Source: Candidatus Zambryskiibacteriota bacterium (GTDB lineage: Bacteria > Patescibacteriota > Minisyncoccia > Phycocordibacterales > WO2-35-19). From it: DNA of 64,000 bases. Below are positions 49,774-60,104 of this stretch, one piece after another. Each line of letters starts with the position of its first letter. Positions within the stretch are counted from its first letter, which is position 1. Both the position numbers and the translations under genes were made by a program. The stretch spans positions 58,747-122,746 of the forward strand of contig JASNZL010000001.1 in the NCBI GenBank assembly GCA_048499675.1, given 5' to 3'. The notes beneath the pieces were generated by a model. That model saw only the letters and a list, made by a program, of their open reading frames with translations, was not told where the DNA came from and ran no database searches.

Positions 49774-52700
49774 TTATTTTATCTCTCCTTCTGTCTCTTC
49801 TTCGCTTTCTATTATTATTTCTTCGTCCGGAAGTATTTCATTTTTTTTATTTTCCTTTTCTTCTGTTTTTGATGGGAGGATTATGAACGGAGCATTTGTT
49901 CCTGTCACTGGAGTAGCAGTACTAGATGCAATCTGTCTTGATTTATACCAAGCTCTTATTGCAATAACAATTAGTACCAAAACAATGATTGAGCTAATCA
50001 TAAGCTTACCATCTTCAAATACTCTTTGAGGGAAAGCGAAGACAGAGGCTGCAATGTTTCTCAGCATTGATTCGGTTCCAATAGTTGTACCGGTTGCAGT
50101 TTTAGAATCTTCCTCTATTTCTGTTTCTAAAGCAACAACTTTGTCCAAATCATTTCCTGCCATGTTTGAATTAATTAGGGCGCCACCTACTCCAGGACCA
50201 AACGGAGTATTGTATATGTCTTGACCGTAATTATTGATTATGTAATTCCTGAAAGCATCTATTTCTGATTGTTGTTCTGGGGTTAGAGTGATTATTGTAT
50301 TACAGTAGATTTCGTTTATTTTTTTCTTTGTTGTTATATAGACAAAACCAGTTGGAGCATCATGACCCCATGGAGCCAACACATCTGTAAAGTATTTATT
50401 CTGGAATCTACTTACAGCATCAAATGTAGCTTGATCGAAATCACCGTCTAGTGCCAAGTTTTCTTTTTCGAATATGTTTAAGAATGATTTTAATTTCAAC
50501 ATTTCAACCAAGTCATTTGTCCAGTCCCTTCTTAAATGATCTCTTAGGTACATACAGCTTGTGACACCCAATATTTCACCCTGAGGAGTAAGGAGGTCGC
50601 TTATATCTCTTCTCCTTCCACCTATAGAACCACCCCCTCCACCACCACCTGGAGGCGTTACTGGATTTACCGTGATTGTAGTAGTTGCGGTTGTTGTGGC
50701 ATTGTTTCCAAAACAATCAATAGTATATGTTGATGTTGAACCCGGATTTACTACAAAACTTCCTGAAGTTGCAGTATTGTTTGTCCAAACTGCACTGCAT
50801 TGTGTTGCATTAGTTGATGTCCAAGTTAGAGTACTTGAATTTCCGACTGTGATTGTACTTGGATTTGCAGTTAAAGTGACTGTTGGAGCAGGAGGTGTAG
50901 GTGGTAGCGGATTAACATTTACAGTTGTTGTAGCTGTCGTTGTCGCATTATTACCATAACAATTTATTACATAGTATGTTGTTGTTGCTGGTGATACAAC
51001 CAAACTTCCTGAAGTAGATGTAGACGTTGTCCAGACTGCACTACACTGTGTTGCGTTTGTTGATGTCCAAGTTAGAGTGCTTGTTGCACCTACATATATA
51101 GTATTTGGATTTGCAGTCAAAGTGACTGTTGGTTTTGTTGGTCCACCTCCTCCACCATTGTTTACAGTAACGGTAGTTGTTGCATAAGCTACCCCACCAT
51201 TACCTGTACAATTTATCACATACTCTGTTGTTGCATTTGGAGATACTACAAAACTTCCTGAAGTTGCAGTATTGTTTGTCCAAACTGCACTACATTGTGT
51301 TGCATTAGTTGATGTCCAAGTTAGAGTACTTGAATTTCCTAAAGTGATCGTACTTGGATTTGCAGAAAGAGTCACAGTAGGAGTTGGAGGAATTGGCAAA
51401 TCATTGTAAGTAACCAAAATCAACAATGTTCTATCCTTTCTTGAAGGTATTAATGTTATTTCTCCATCAGAATTGTCTCCACCCAATTCACTTCCATAAG
51501 CATAGAAATCTTCTAAGTCATTTACAGATATTGTAAACTGATCGTTATACAAAGCGTCATTCCATAAACTGCCCGATATTTCTAATTCTCCATATATATG
51601 ATTTACAACATCTAGATTATCAATTGTTACACAATCTGAATCATTTTGACCTAATATAAATTTAGCATTTGGATTAAATGTTTGTGAATTCCAGACTTTT
51701 GTAAATATAGTAGAAGAAAGAATATTAGTTGATGTAGCAAGTCTTATTGAAAACAAACCAGTTGGTAACCCATTTGAGGATGTGCTGATATTATTATTTG
51801 AATCAGCTATCATCAAACACATCTTTATTTTTCCTTTTTGGATTGTTGGCCCATTTGGAATTGATTGATTAGTTACATTAACAACTCTAGAAACACTTGC
51901 GCTTAATCCTCCAGAATCTGTGACTGTATAAACTAGTGTGTATGTTCCAGCCACATTTGTATTTACTGTGCCCGATACGGTAACCTGACTTGTCAAATCA
52001 CCATCTTCTATGTCGTTTGCAACAAAACCCGGCTCAATAAAAGTAGTTCCTGTATACATTGACAAAGGATTACTACCGATGAGTGTTATAGTTGGAGCTG
52101 TGTTTGTTGGCAAAGTACCACCTCCACCATTTCCACCAGATCCATTAGTACAAGTAGGATTATCTTGAACTATAAAAGACAATACATAAGGGACATTTGG
52201 GTATGTGTAAGGATTACTGTCTAATAGGACTGTTGGGTATTGCCCATACCAAGCATCGACTTGGTAAGCACAATTAGGTATATTTACTACCAATTCACTA
52301 TTAAGGACATTTTGTAGTTGCTCACCGTCATACAACTCTTGATTTGAAAGTTCACCATTTCCAAACATTTTGTAAGATGACAAGCTTATTGGCGCCAAAC
52401 AACCAGTATCATTATTTATTGTGAATACTGCCTGATTGTTATTTATAGATAAATTGTATGATATTTTACCCAAATCTACAGCTTGTTTGAATTCTGTGAC
52501 TGTAAGAGACGTTCCGTTGGCACAATATAATGTATTGTTGCTATTAAGGACATTTACAGTTCTTGAAGTAGTCGCTGTCAAATTACCCGAATCAGTAACT
52601 GAGTATATAAGTTTGTAACTACCAACGGTTGCGGTATCAACCTCACCAGATACGGAAATTATATGAGTTAAGTCTCCGTCTTCTACATCGTTTGCTGTAG

Positions 52701-54147
52701 CACCCGGATCTACAAATGTATCACCAGTATTTATATTAATAGGATTGTTTCCTATTAATGTGATGACTGGCTTATTATTAACACTTGGATTTGTTACATA
52801 TACTGTAACGTTTTGTTCTTCCACTCCAGCATCATTTGCACAACTGATTGTGTATGTTGTTGTAGTAGCTGGACTTAAAACAGATGTACCAGAAGTACTT
52901 GTTGAGGTTGTCCATGAAGCACTGCAATAAACTGCACTTGGCGCATCCCAAGTCAAAGTAGTAGTTCCACCTAAATTAATATTTTCCGGATTGGCAGTAA
53001 AGTTTATTGTAGGAAGAGTTGGTAAACCACAATTTATTCTATTTATTACTGAGTATTCCAACACGTGTGGAACATTTGGATACTCATAAGGATTATCATC
53101 AGAAAGAATAGTTGGATATTCACCGAACCACGCGTCTATTTGAGTTGAGCATGCTGGTATACTAATTTCCAAGCTCGCATTATTCCCAGCATTTACTAAT
53201 CCAGAACCAGCAAAAAATAACTGTTCTGAAAGAGCACCAGTACCATGCATCTCATAAGAAGATAAACTTATTGGTGCATTACATCCTGTATTATTATTTA
53301 GATTAAAAGTTGCTTTATTAGTTACTTCATCTACAACAAGAGAATAAGATATTGCTCCACTATCTCTTGCGCTAACAAATTCTTGAATAGTTAAATTATA
53401 ACCATCTGCACAATAGTTATTTCTATTTCCATTACCACCAGGATCTACTGGGTCTATAGGATCTACTGGATCTACTGGATCTGTGGGATCTACAGGGTCC
53501 GAATCATCAAGAACAACATAAACTGTTCTGTGTGCAGTATGACTAAGTCCACCTGAATCAGTAGCAGTGTAGGATAGTATATATGTTCCAACTGTGTTTG
53601 TATCAACACTACCCGACACAACAACATTGAATGACATATTGTTATCCTCGTTATCAAAAACTGATGTGCCTGGGTCCTCAAAAGTTGAACCCACAACCAA
53701 ATACATAGGATTATCACCAAGTATATTTACAGTAGGAGGTGTATTGATTATAAGAGGTTCACCATAGTGTCCCCTTTCTCCATTATCTAATTTACAACTA
53801 CTTGTATCACAAGGACCTTCCAAATCTTCAATCACACAGCTTCCCCACTCTATACTCCAACCTGTTGGGGTGCATGAATATGATACCGCCTCGGTGCATC
53901 TCTGTACTTGAGTCTGACACCACATACTTCCTGTATAACCCGTATCACATGCTTTGTATTCACCAAGAGCGGTAGTAGTTTGTGTAGGCATTTCTATACC
54001 TTGGCAAACTCCCGAGCTCGCATCATTCGCAACAACAAAATCTGCCGAAAAGGAAAAGAATGCAAATGAAAAAACAAATACAAAAAATAGAATTTGCATT
54101 GCATTTTTTAGGCCCAAATTATTCTTTCTGTTGGTTAGTAAAAACAT
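49774..54147 (-). CDS. Large surface protein: DUF5011/Ig-like repeats, Thr-rich repeats, peptidoglycan-binding-like domain, C-terminal TM
   Basis: 3x P.ITL.G.NP...DPGA.A.D.EDGDLT; 4x TLTWTSTNATQCSAVWT-type repeats; DGDFDQATFDAVSRFQ. Confidence 0.82.
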   Translation of the reverse strand: MFLLTNRKNNLGLKNAMQILFFVFVFSFAFFSFSADFVVANDASSGVCQGIEMPTQTTTALGEYKACDTGYTGSMWCQTQVQRCTEAVSYSCTPTGWSIEWGSCVIEDLEGPCDTSSCKLDNGERGHYGEPLIINTPPTVNILGDNPMYLVVGSTFEDPGTSVFDNEDNNMSFNVVVSGSVDTNTVGTYILSYTATDSGGLSHTAHRTVYVVLDDSDPVDPTDPVDPVDPIDPVDPGGNGNRNNYCADGYNLTIQEFVSARDSGAISYSLVVDEVTNKATFNLNNNTGCNAPISLSSYEMHGTGALSEQLFFAGSGLVNAGNNASLEISIPACSTQIDAWFGEYPTILSDDNPYEYPNVPHVLEYSVINRINCGLPTLPTINFTANPENINLGGTTTLTWDAPSAVYCSASWTTSTSTSGTSVLSPATTTTYTISCANDAGVEEQNVTVYVTNPSVNNKPVITLIGNNPININTGDTFVDPGATANDVEDGDLTHIISVSGEVDTATVGSYKLIYSVTDSGNLTATTSRTVNVLNSNNTLYCANGTSLTVTEFKQAVDLGKISYNLSINNNQAVFTINNDTGCLAPISLSSYKMFGNGELSNQELYDGEQLQNVLNSELVVNIPNCAYQVDAWYGQYPTVLLDSNPYTYPNVPYVLSFIVQDNPTCTNGSGGNGGGGTLPTNTAPTITLIGSNPLSMYTGTTFIEPGFVANDIEDGDLTSQVTVSGTVNTNVAGTYTLVYTVTDSGGLSASVSRVVNVTNQSIPNGPTIQKGKIKMCLMIADSNNNISTSSNGLPTGLFSIRLATSTNILSSTIFTKVWNSQTFNPNAKFILGQNDSDCVTIDNLDVVNHIYGELEISGSLWNDALYNDQFTISVNDLEDFYAYGSELGGDNSDGEITLIPSRKDRTLLILVTYNDLPIPPTPTVTLSANPSTITLGNSSTLTWTSTNATQCSAVWTNNTATSGSFVVSPNATTEYVINCTGNGGVAYATTTVTVNNGGGGGPTKPTVTLTANPNTIYVGATSTLTWTSTNATQCSAVWTTSTSTSGSLVVSPATTTYYVINCYGNNATTTATTTVNVNPLPPTPPAPTVTLTANPSTITVGNSSTLTWTSTNATQCSAVWTNNTATSGSFVVNPGSTSTYTIDCFGNNATTTATTTITVNPVTPPGGGGGGGSIGGRRRDISDLLTPQGEILGVTSCMYLRDHLRRDWTNDLVEMLKLKSFLNIFEKENLALDGDFDQATFDAVSRFQNKYFTDVLAPWGHDAPTGFVYITTKKKINEIYCNTIITLTPEQQSEIDAFRNYIINNYGQDIYNTPFGPGVGGALINSNMAGNDLDKVVALETEIEEDSKTATGTTIGTESMLRNIAASVFAFPQRVFEDGKLMISSIIVLVLIVIAIRAWYKSRQIASSTATPVTGTNAPFIILPSKTEEKENKKNEILPDEEIIIESEEETEGEIK

Positions 54148-54441
54148 GTTTTTCTCTTATTAATTATTTATTAATTATTTATTAATTATTTATTAATTTA
54201 TATTTAAGTATACTAGCGTCTTTCCTAATTGTCAATAGCATCATTAAAAGTTGCTAATGAAAATCTCCTTATTTGTAGCCATTTTATATTTTTTGTCCTT
54301 TTGAAGATTACAATGTCCTTTACAAAACTATTAAGTCTTTAAAATAAATCATTTTTTATATAAGACATTTTGTATTCTACTTTTTGTCCTAGAACTAACA
54401 CTGCCCTATATTTTAAAAATGAACAAAAATGAAGTATTATT

Positions 54442-55173
54442 ATGTTATATATTATGGATTCGTATTCAACCCTAGTTTACTCTCTTGCTGGCGGGATATT
54501 ACCCGCTCTTTTGTGGCTCTGGTTTTGGTTAAGAGAAGACAGAAAATCCCCAGAACCCAAATCTAGAATTGCTATAGCTTTTATGAGTGGCGCTCTTGCT
54601 GTATGGCCCGCGATTCTAATAGAAAGATACCTGTGTAATATTTTGGATTCAAATATTTGTAGCGAGGGACTTATTCCTAGTTTTATACTCATATTACTGT
54701 GGGCAACTACTGAAGAAATATTCAAATACATTGCAGGATTCTTTAGCTCTTTTTATAAAAACAAGCATTACAACGAACCGATTGATGCCACTATATATAT
54801 GATTACGGTGGCTCTTGGTTTTTCTGCACTAGAGAATGCTTTGTTTATTTCTAACTTAATAGATCAAGGGTTGATACCTCATAGTATAATTACTGGAAAT
54901 TCCAGATTCCTAGGAGCGACACTTCTCCATGTTGCGTCTTCTGCCTCAATTGGAGTAATGATGGGTCTTTCTTATTACAAGAGCGTTATTCAAAAAAAGA
55001 TATTCTTATTAACAGGAATTGCAATATCTATAGTCTTGCATACGATATTTAATTTACTTATAATAAAGATTGAGACAAACATATTTTTTGTATTTGCGGG
55101 GGTATGGCTTCTTGTGGTTACCCTAATAGCCTTAATCCAAAAAATTAAATCAATTAAATCAAAATCAACTTAA
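54442..55173 (+). CDS. PrsW-family intramembrane metalloprotease
   Basis: EDRKSPEP, TEEIFKY, LGFSALEN, LLH, LHTIFN. Confidence 0.88.
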   Translation: MLYIMDSYSTLVYSLAGGILPALLWLWFWLREDRKSPEPKSRIAIAFMSGALAVWPAILIERYLCNILDSNICSEGLIPSFILILLWATTEEIFKYIAGFFSSFYKNKHYNEPIDATIYMITVALGFSALENALFISNLIDQGLIPHSIITGNSRFLGATLLHVASSASIGVMMGLSYYKSVIQKKIFLLTGIAISIVLHTIFNLLIIKIETNIFFVFAGVWLLVVTLIALIQKIKSIKSKST

Positions 55174-55196
55174 TAATTTATGATTAATTTATAAAA

Positions 55197-55646
55197 ATGG
55201 GAAGAGATAAAAGATCATTTTTTGAAAAACTAACCGGATCGGTTTCTTTGCCCGACGAGATAGAAGAAACAACAGAAGTAGTGCCAAATAATTCTTGGAT
55301 TGACCAAACCCCAGAAGAAGGAGAGCTTTCTGTAGATGTGTACCAAAATCAAAACGATATTGTTATTAAGACTATGGTTGCTGGAGTTAAACCAGAAGAT
55401 TTGGATGTTTCTATTTCGCGCGACATGGTTACCATAAAAGGCAAGAGAGAAAGCGAGAGAACTGTAGCTGACGACGACTACTTCCACAAAGAATTATACT
55501 GGGGCACCTTTTCTAGAACTATAGTTTTGCCGGAAGAAATAGACGTTGACTCCGCTGAAGCCGTAGAGAAACACGGACTTCTTATAATCAGACTTCCAAA
55601 ACTCGACAAAAACCGCTCCACCCGACTCAAAGTTAGAGGAAATTAA
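55197..55646 (+). CDS. Hsp20/alpha-crystallin small heat-shock protein
   Basis: VDVYQ, AGVKPEDLDV, WGTFSRTIVLP, GLLIIRLPK. Confidence 0.92.
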   Translation: MGRDKRSFFEKLTGSVSLPDEIEETTEVVPNNSWIDQTPEEGELSVDVYQNQNDIVIKTMVAGVKPEDLDVSISRDMVTIKGKRESERTVADDDYFHKELYWGTFSRTIVLPEEIDVDSAEAVEKHGLLIIRLPKLDKNRSTRLKVRGN

Positions 55647-55694
55647 AATATATCTAGATTCAAATAGTCTTCTCAAAAATCTTATTTTGGGAGA

Positions 55695-56810
55695 TTATTT
55701 GTGATGTGCGCCAACAGCCTGACTAATATTTTTAAACCCATCTTTTTTTAACAAATCAACGATTCCTTTATTAATTTCCCCAATAAGGTTGGGGCCTTCA
55801 AATACCATCCCCGTTATCAACTCAACTAGAATTGCGCCTCTTTTTATTTTCTCATAAGCGTCCTTTGCATTAAATATTCCACCCACCCCGATTATTTTTA
55901 TTTTGTTACCATAATTCTGGTAAGTTTTAGATATTAATTCATTGGAAATATCGTGTACTGGTTTACCACTTAAATTACCTTTAACATCTGAACTTAGCTC
56001 GTCTTCTGGCTTAACACTTTTCCTATCCTTATTTAAATTCGATATAACTAGAGCATTTACACCAAAATCAATAGCAACGTCTACAAGACTTCTAAATTCT
56101 TGCCATTCCAAATTTAATGGCATTTTCAAAAAAACTGGCTTTTTGATTGATAGCGAATACAGTTTTGTTAAAAGCAATTTCAAATCAGATGGGTTTGTGA
56201 AAGGTTCTCCACCAAATGTATTAGGACAAGATATGTTTATTTCATATATGTCACCGATATCACTTTTTACAAACTCATTTAAACAATTAAAATAGTCCTC
56301 TATTCCGTCTTCTAATTTGCTTGTTTCTAATGAGTTTGTCCTACCAATTGAAATAACTTGTGGTATCGTCTTTCTTGTATTTTTTAAACGCTCAATTATT
56401 TTTTGAGCACCTTCATTCTTAAGACCATAATTCACTAATAAAGAGCCTGAATTTATTAGTCTTTTTAATCTTGGTTTAGGATTGCCCCCATAAGGTTTGT
56501 ACGTAACAGTCCCAACTTCTGCAAAACCAAAACCAACTGATTCCATAATTCCATGCACCTTGCCATCTTTATCAAAACCAGCCGATAGTCCAACTGGATT
56601 TATAAAATCAATCCCCCATAAATTTTGATTCAGAATCTCGTCTTTGTAAGAAAATACTTTTTTTGTTATAAATTTTGTTATTTTACATTTTCCCAAAAAC
56701 CAACCCAGATTCATAAATCTGTCGTGAACAAATTCGGGATCAAACTTAAACAAAATAGGTTTGATTATACTTTTGTAGGAAAAACCACTTAACTTTGAAA
56801 TTAATTGCAT
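55695..56810 (-). CDS. pyrD: Quinone-dependent dihydroorotate dehydrogenase (class 2)
   Basis: NPVGLSAGFDK, GNPKPRL, EINISCPN, GNLSGKP, GVGGIF. Confidence 0.92.
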   Translation of the reverse strand: MQLISKLSGFSYKSIIKPILFKFDPEFVHDRFMNLGWFLGKCKITKFITKKVFSYKDEILNQNLWGIDFINPVGLSAGFDKDGKVHGIMESVGFGFAEVGTVTYKPYGGNPKPRLKRLINSGSLLVNYGLKNEGAQKIIERLKNTRKTIPQVISIGRTNSLETSKLEDGIEDYFNCLNEFVKSDIGDIYEINISCPNTFGGEPFTNPSDLKLLLTKLYSLSIKKPVFLKMPLNLEWQEFRSLVDVAIDFGVNALVISNLNKDRKSVKPEDELSSDVKGNLSGKPVHDISNELISKTYQNYGNKIKIIGVGGIFNAKDAYEKIKRGAILVELITGMVFEGPNLIGEINKGIVDLLKKDGFKNISQAVGAHHK

Positions 56811-56846
56811 TTGTAACTAAATATAACATTCTCCTCATACTATATG

Positions 56847-57063
56847 CAAAACCCCGCATACGCGGGGTTAGTTGTGCCAAAGCGCAGGGCTCGGTGTCAG
56901 CTCACATCAATATTTTACTTCGCTATGCTTGTAAAATATTGTGTGGCTCCTACCCGGGCTCGCCTGTCGCAATGCGACATGGCTCCGCCTTTCGAGCCCG
57001 CACAAGAGCAAAGCAGTTTGCTCTTTCCCTCGTCACAAAACCCCGCATACGCGGGGTTAGTTG
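56847..57063 (-). repeat. tRNA-Phe trailer module (~189-bp period)
   Basis: Minus: GCGGGCTC-GAAAGGCGGAGC...GGCGAGCCCGGG...GACAC-CGAGCCC; duplicated AAAACCCCGCATACGCGGGGTTAGTTGTGCC. Confidence 0.8.
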
Positions 57064-57137
57064 TGCCGAGGGGCGGGCTCGAACCGCCGACCTATCGCTC
57101 TTCAGGCGAGCGCTCTAGCCAACTGAGCTACCTCGGC
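57064..57137 (-). tRNA. tRNA-Phe(GAA)
   Basis: GCCGAGG/CCTCGGC; TCGC-CTGAAGA-GCGA; GGTTCGAGCCC. Confidence 0.93.
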
Positions 57138-57162
57138 AATATTATATTTTTACCAAAATTTT

Positions 57163-57433
57163 CGACCTATGTCACGGATATTTTTCTACTGAAAAATTCC
57201 GCGATTCTTACATAATCTGTACACCTTTCGCATCTTACAGATGCTCAAGGTCTTGCAAAGCTCCAAGCTTTCGCTTTTCACCCACCTCGCGCCGTCGCGC
57301 TCCGGTCTTGCGCTTGGGTCCCAACCCAAGCTCACTCTTCAAGGGAATGCTCTACCAAAGCCGACGCTTACGGTCGGCTCCCCGACCTCCGACTGCATAG
57401 CAGATCGGAGCGTCGGGGCTGAGCTACCTCGGC
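57163..57433 (-). pseudogene. Interrupted 5' copy of tRNA-Phe (palindromes in D-loop; 162-bp element after anticodon loop)
   Basis: GCCGAGGTAGCTCAG[palindromes]TGGTAGAGC..TGAAGAGTG[element...GTGAC]ATAGGTCG. Confidence 0.7.
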
Positions 57434-57461
57434 ATTATTCTTACCGAATGAATATAGCAAA

Positions 57462-57713
57462 TTAATTGCTCTTAAACAAATCTCCTATCCCTTGAAAATC
57501 CATTTTGACTGAATCATATGCTGTTTTTAAACTTTCTAGGTATGGCTCTATATAATAATAAAGGCCAATAGCTGCACCAATTATTACCACCCAATAGACA
57601 ATTCTAAATATCCTCCCAATCAACAAGTGCCGTTTTATGGAGTGCAACATTTTATTATTCTCTTGAGATAACTCAAGCGCTTTTTTTAACATTTCTCTCT
57701 CTTCTGGTTGCAT
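57462..57713 (-). CDS. Small single-TM hypothetical protein
   Basis: LELSQENNKMLHSI...YWVVIIGAAIGLYYYIEPYL. Confidence 0.7.
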   Translation of the reverse strand: MQPEEREMLKKALELSQENNKMLHSIKRHLLIGRIFRIVYWVVIIGAAIGLYYYIEPYLESLKTAYDSVKMDFQGIGDLFKSN

Positions 57714-57845
57714 CCCGTAGTGAAAAATGGCATAGCTTTTAAAAAGCTAAACTCACTTTTGTATTAAATATTTTATTAAACTCGACTATAACCATTGTCT
57801 ATATACTATATCACAAACATTTTAATGCCACTTTCTACTACAGGA
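57714..57845. mobile_element. MITE-like element, second family
   Basis: Imperfect TIR CCCGTAGTGAAAAATGGCA / TGCCACTTTCTACTACAGG; GCATC on both flanks; related ends near 19511-19544 and 21545-21585. Confidence 0.55.
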
Positions 57846-57922
57846 GCATCTAAAAACCCACTAATCTAGTATTGCATACTAATCTTAACGAATACATACA
57901 ATAAAAAATTAAGAGATAAAAA

Positions 57923-58156
57923 CTATAGTCCAAGTAATGAGTTTATTCTTGGTTGATCAAAACCAATAATAATCTCGTCACCAATAATTATCACAGGCAC
58001 ACCCATCTGACCTGTCCTATTCAACATTTCCTGTCTTTTTTCTAAATCCTCCATTACATTATAATCTGTATATTTAACACCTTTCTCGTCAAAATAATCT
58101 TTGGCCATGTGGCAAAAATGACAAGTAGGAGTTGAGTATATTGTTACTTCTTTCAT
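57923..58156 (-). CDS. Glutaredoxin/NrdH-like redoxin
   Basis: YSTPTCHFC, GQMGVPVI, GFD. Confidence 0.92.
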   Translation of the reverse strand: MKEVTIYSTPTCHFCHMAKDYFDEKGVKYTDYNVMEDLEKRQEMLNRTGQMGVPVIIIGDEIIIGFDQPRINSLLGL

Positions 58157-58233
58157 ATTTTTGTTTAATTATTTCTCAAATCAAAACATGTACCCGTTAT
58201 GCACATATTTTAATAATTATATGTCTATTAATT

Positions 58234-58788
58234 TTAGAACTGCACTTTTACTGGTTCACGAGCTTCTGCTTCTTCCAATTCAAAGAATTCTAATACAGAG
58301 AAACCAAATACCTTTGCTATAAGATTTGAAGGGAAAGTTTCAATCTTTATGTTCAAGTCTCTTACATTAGCGTTATAAAATCTCCTTGAGGCCTGTATTT
58401 TGTTTTCTGTATCACTTAACTCTCTTTGTAATTCCAAGAAATTTTGGTTGGCTTTCAAATCTGGATAATTTTCGGACAAAGCAAAAATTGATTTCAAAGT
58501 ACTTGAAAGCATATTTTCAGCTTCTGCATGGTCTTTGACAGATTGTGCACTCATAGCTTTTGTTCTTGCTTCTGTTACTTTTTCAAAAGTTCCTTGTTCG
58601 TGACTCGCATAACCCTTAACTGTATTAACCAAATTAGGAATAAGATCGTATCGCCTTTTCATTTGAACTTCTATATCACTCCAAGCCTCCTTGGCTCTTG
58701 TTGCAAGTCTAATAAAGCCGTTGTAAGCAACAATTGCCCACAAGACGAAAACACCAATTAGAATATAAATTATTATTGATAGTTCCAT
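58234..58788 (-). CDS. lemA: LemA family protein
   Basis: AWSDIEVQMKRRYDLIPNLV, ENYPDLKANQNF, RRFYN; start at MELSIII. Confidence 0.93.
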   Translation of the reverse strand: MELSIIIYILIGVFVLWAIVAYNGFIRLATRAKEAWSDIEVQMKRRYDLIPNLVNTVKGYASHEQGTFEKVTEARTKAMSAQSVKDHAEAENMLSSTLKSIFALSENYPDLKANQNFLELQRELSDTENKIQASRRFYNANVRDLNIKIETFPSNLIAKVFGFSVLEFFELEEAEAREPVKVQF

Positions 58789-58844
58789 ATTTATAAATAA
58801 TACTAATAACCACTCTATTATATCATAAATAAAAAATAGTATAA

Positions 58845-59116
58845 AAGAAAAGGGCCCTCGCATCAGCGTGGGCCCAAAGAAAGGGAGAAGGAACGATTTA
58901 ATATTGCAAGGCGCCGGAATTGAATGAATTACGTCCGGCGCGCATGGCGAAGCAACTATTCTCGTGTTGCTCCGCAACTGTTTGGGGGCGAGCGTCTGCC
59001 CACCCCCCCCTACTGTCAACCCCGCAACCAAAAAGGGGCCGACAGTTTTCCGGCGTAGTCGCAGTTCTTCCCATATATCAGGAAAGAAAGGACGCGACGC
59101 CGAAACCCCCCAGATA
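58845..59116 (-). ncRNA. Candidate structured non-coding RNA (3' part)
   Basis: GC-rich intergenic run of at least five hairpins ending in GGGCCC-hairpin + U-tract; no credible ORF. Confidence 0.5.
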
Positions 59117-60101
59117 CCTTTGAAGTAGGACAGTTATAATTAATTTTTAGCAAAAATTAAATTTTAAAAAAAAATTATCATTGTCGTTTGAAATTTGCAA
59201 TTGGTGATGTATCGAAAAAGGCACGGAGATTCGCTCCATTAGCAGTTTTTTTGGATCGTAGTCCAAATACAGTGAGCCGAGAATACGGAAACATAGTGTT
59301 AATGGTGCATATGAGGCCAGGAAAGCTAAGCAAAAATCATTAGCAGAAAGATGGAGAGCAAAAGCTCAATGTCTCAAAGTAGCAATGAACAGTTTCCTTT
59401 GCGTTTTCGTTGAAGAGAAACTTCAAAACAAGTGGTCACCAAAACAAATTAGTGGGTATTTGAAGAGAGAGTACGGCATCATTTGCTCTAGCAAAGCCAT
59501 ATACAAATTTGCTGAGAGCCGTGGATTAGATCACTTGCTTTTCTGGGGCTGGAACAACATGAAAGCTTGTCGCAAGAGATACAAATGGAAAACACCCAAA
59601 GATGGAAGGAAATATATTGGACAAAGACCAGAAAGAAAAGAAGTTGGTCATCTAGAGATGGACTTCATTGTCTCCAAAGAAAGTTCTTGGGTTCTCTTGG
59701 TAGTAGTTGATCGTTTTGCTAAAAAAACTTGGGTGAGGAAACTACCCAACAGAAAACGCGACACTATTCGTGCCGCGCTTTCCTCTATGTTCCATGGGAT
59801 TGTTTTGAAGTCGATCACCACGGACAATGATCTAGCATTCACATGCTGGAGAGAACTTGAGATTCTCCTCAACACTGTCATATATTTTACACATCCATAC
59901 CATTCTTGGGAAAAGGGATTAGTGGAGAATACTAACCGATGGATCAGATGTTTTGTACCTAAAAGGAGAAATATCGAGTCAGTGACTGAAGAAGAATTGA
60001 AAGGGATTCACACCTTCTTGAACGACCGACCGAGAGAATGTATTGGATTTAGATTACCAACAAGTTATTATTATGAGTTAACATCTGTCCTACTTGAGGG
60101 G
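59117..60101 (+). mobile_element. IS30-family insertion sequence
   Basis: TIR CCTTTGAAGTAGGACAG / CCCCTCAAGTAGGACAG (14/17), TA on both flanks. Confidence 0.85.
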
Positions 60102-60104
60102 TAG
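59220..60104 (+). pseudogene. IS30 transposase with frameshifted N-terminal HTH
   Basis: WSPKQISG, GHLEMDF, SITTDND, HPYHSWEKGLVENTN; upstream IRSISSFLDRSPNTVSRE is out of frame with RKHSVNGAYEA. Confidence 0.8.

Noticed and set aside
54160-54200. 11-bp tandem repeat TAATTATTTAT
   Set aside because: Simple AT-rich slippage repeat; no supporting context
58789-59031. Long N-terminal extension of LemA in the ORF track
   Set aside because: Crosses a terminator and structured non-coding region; the true start is at 58788
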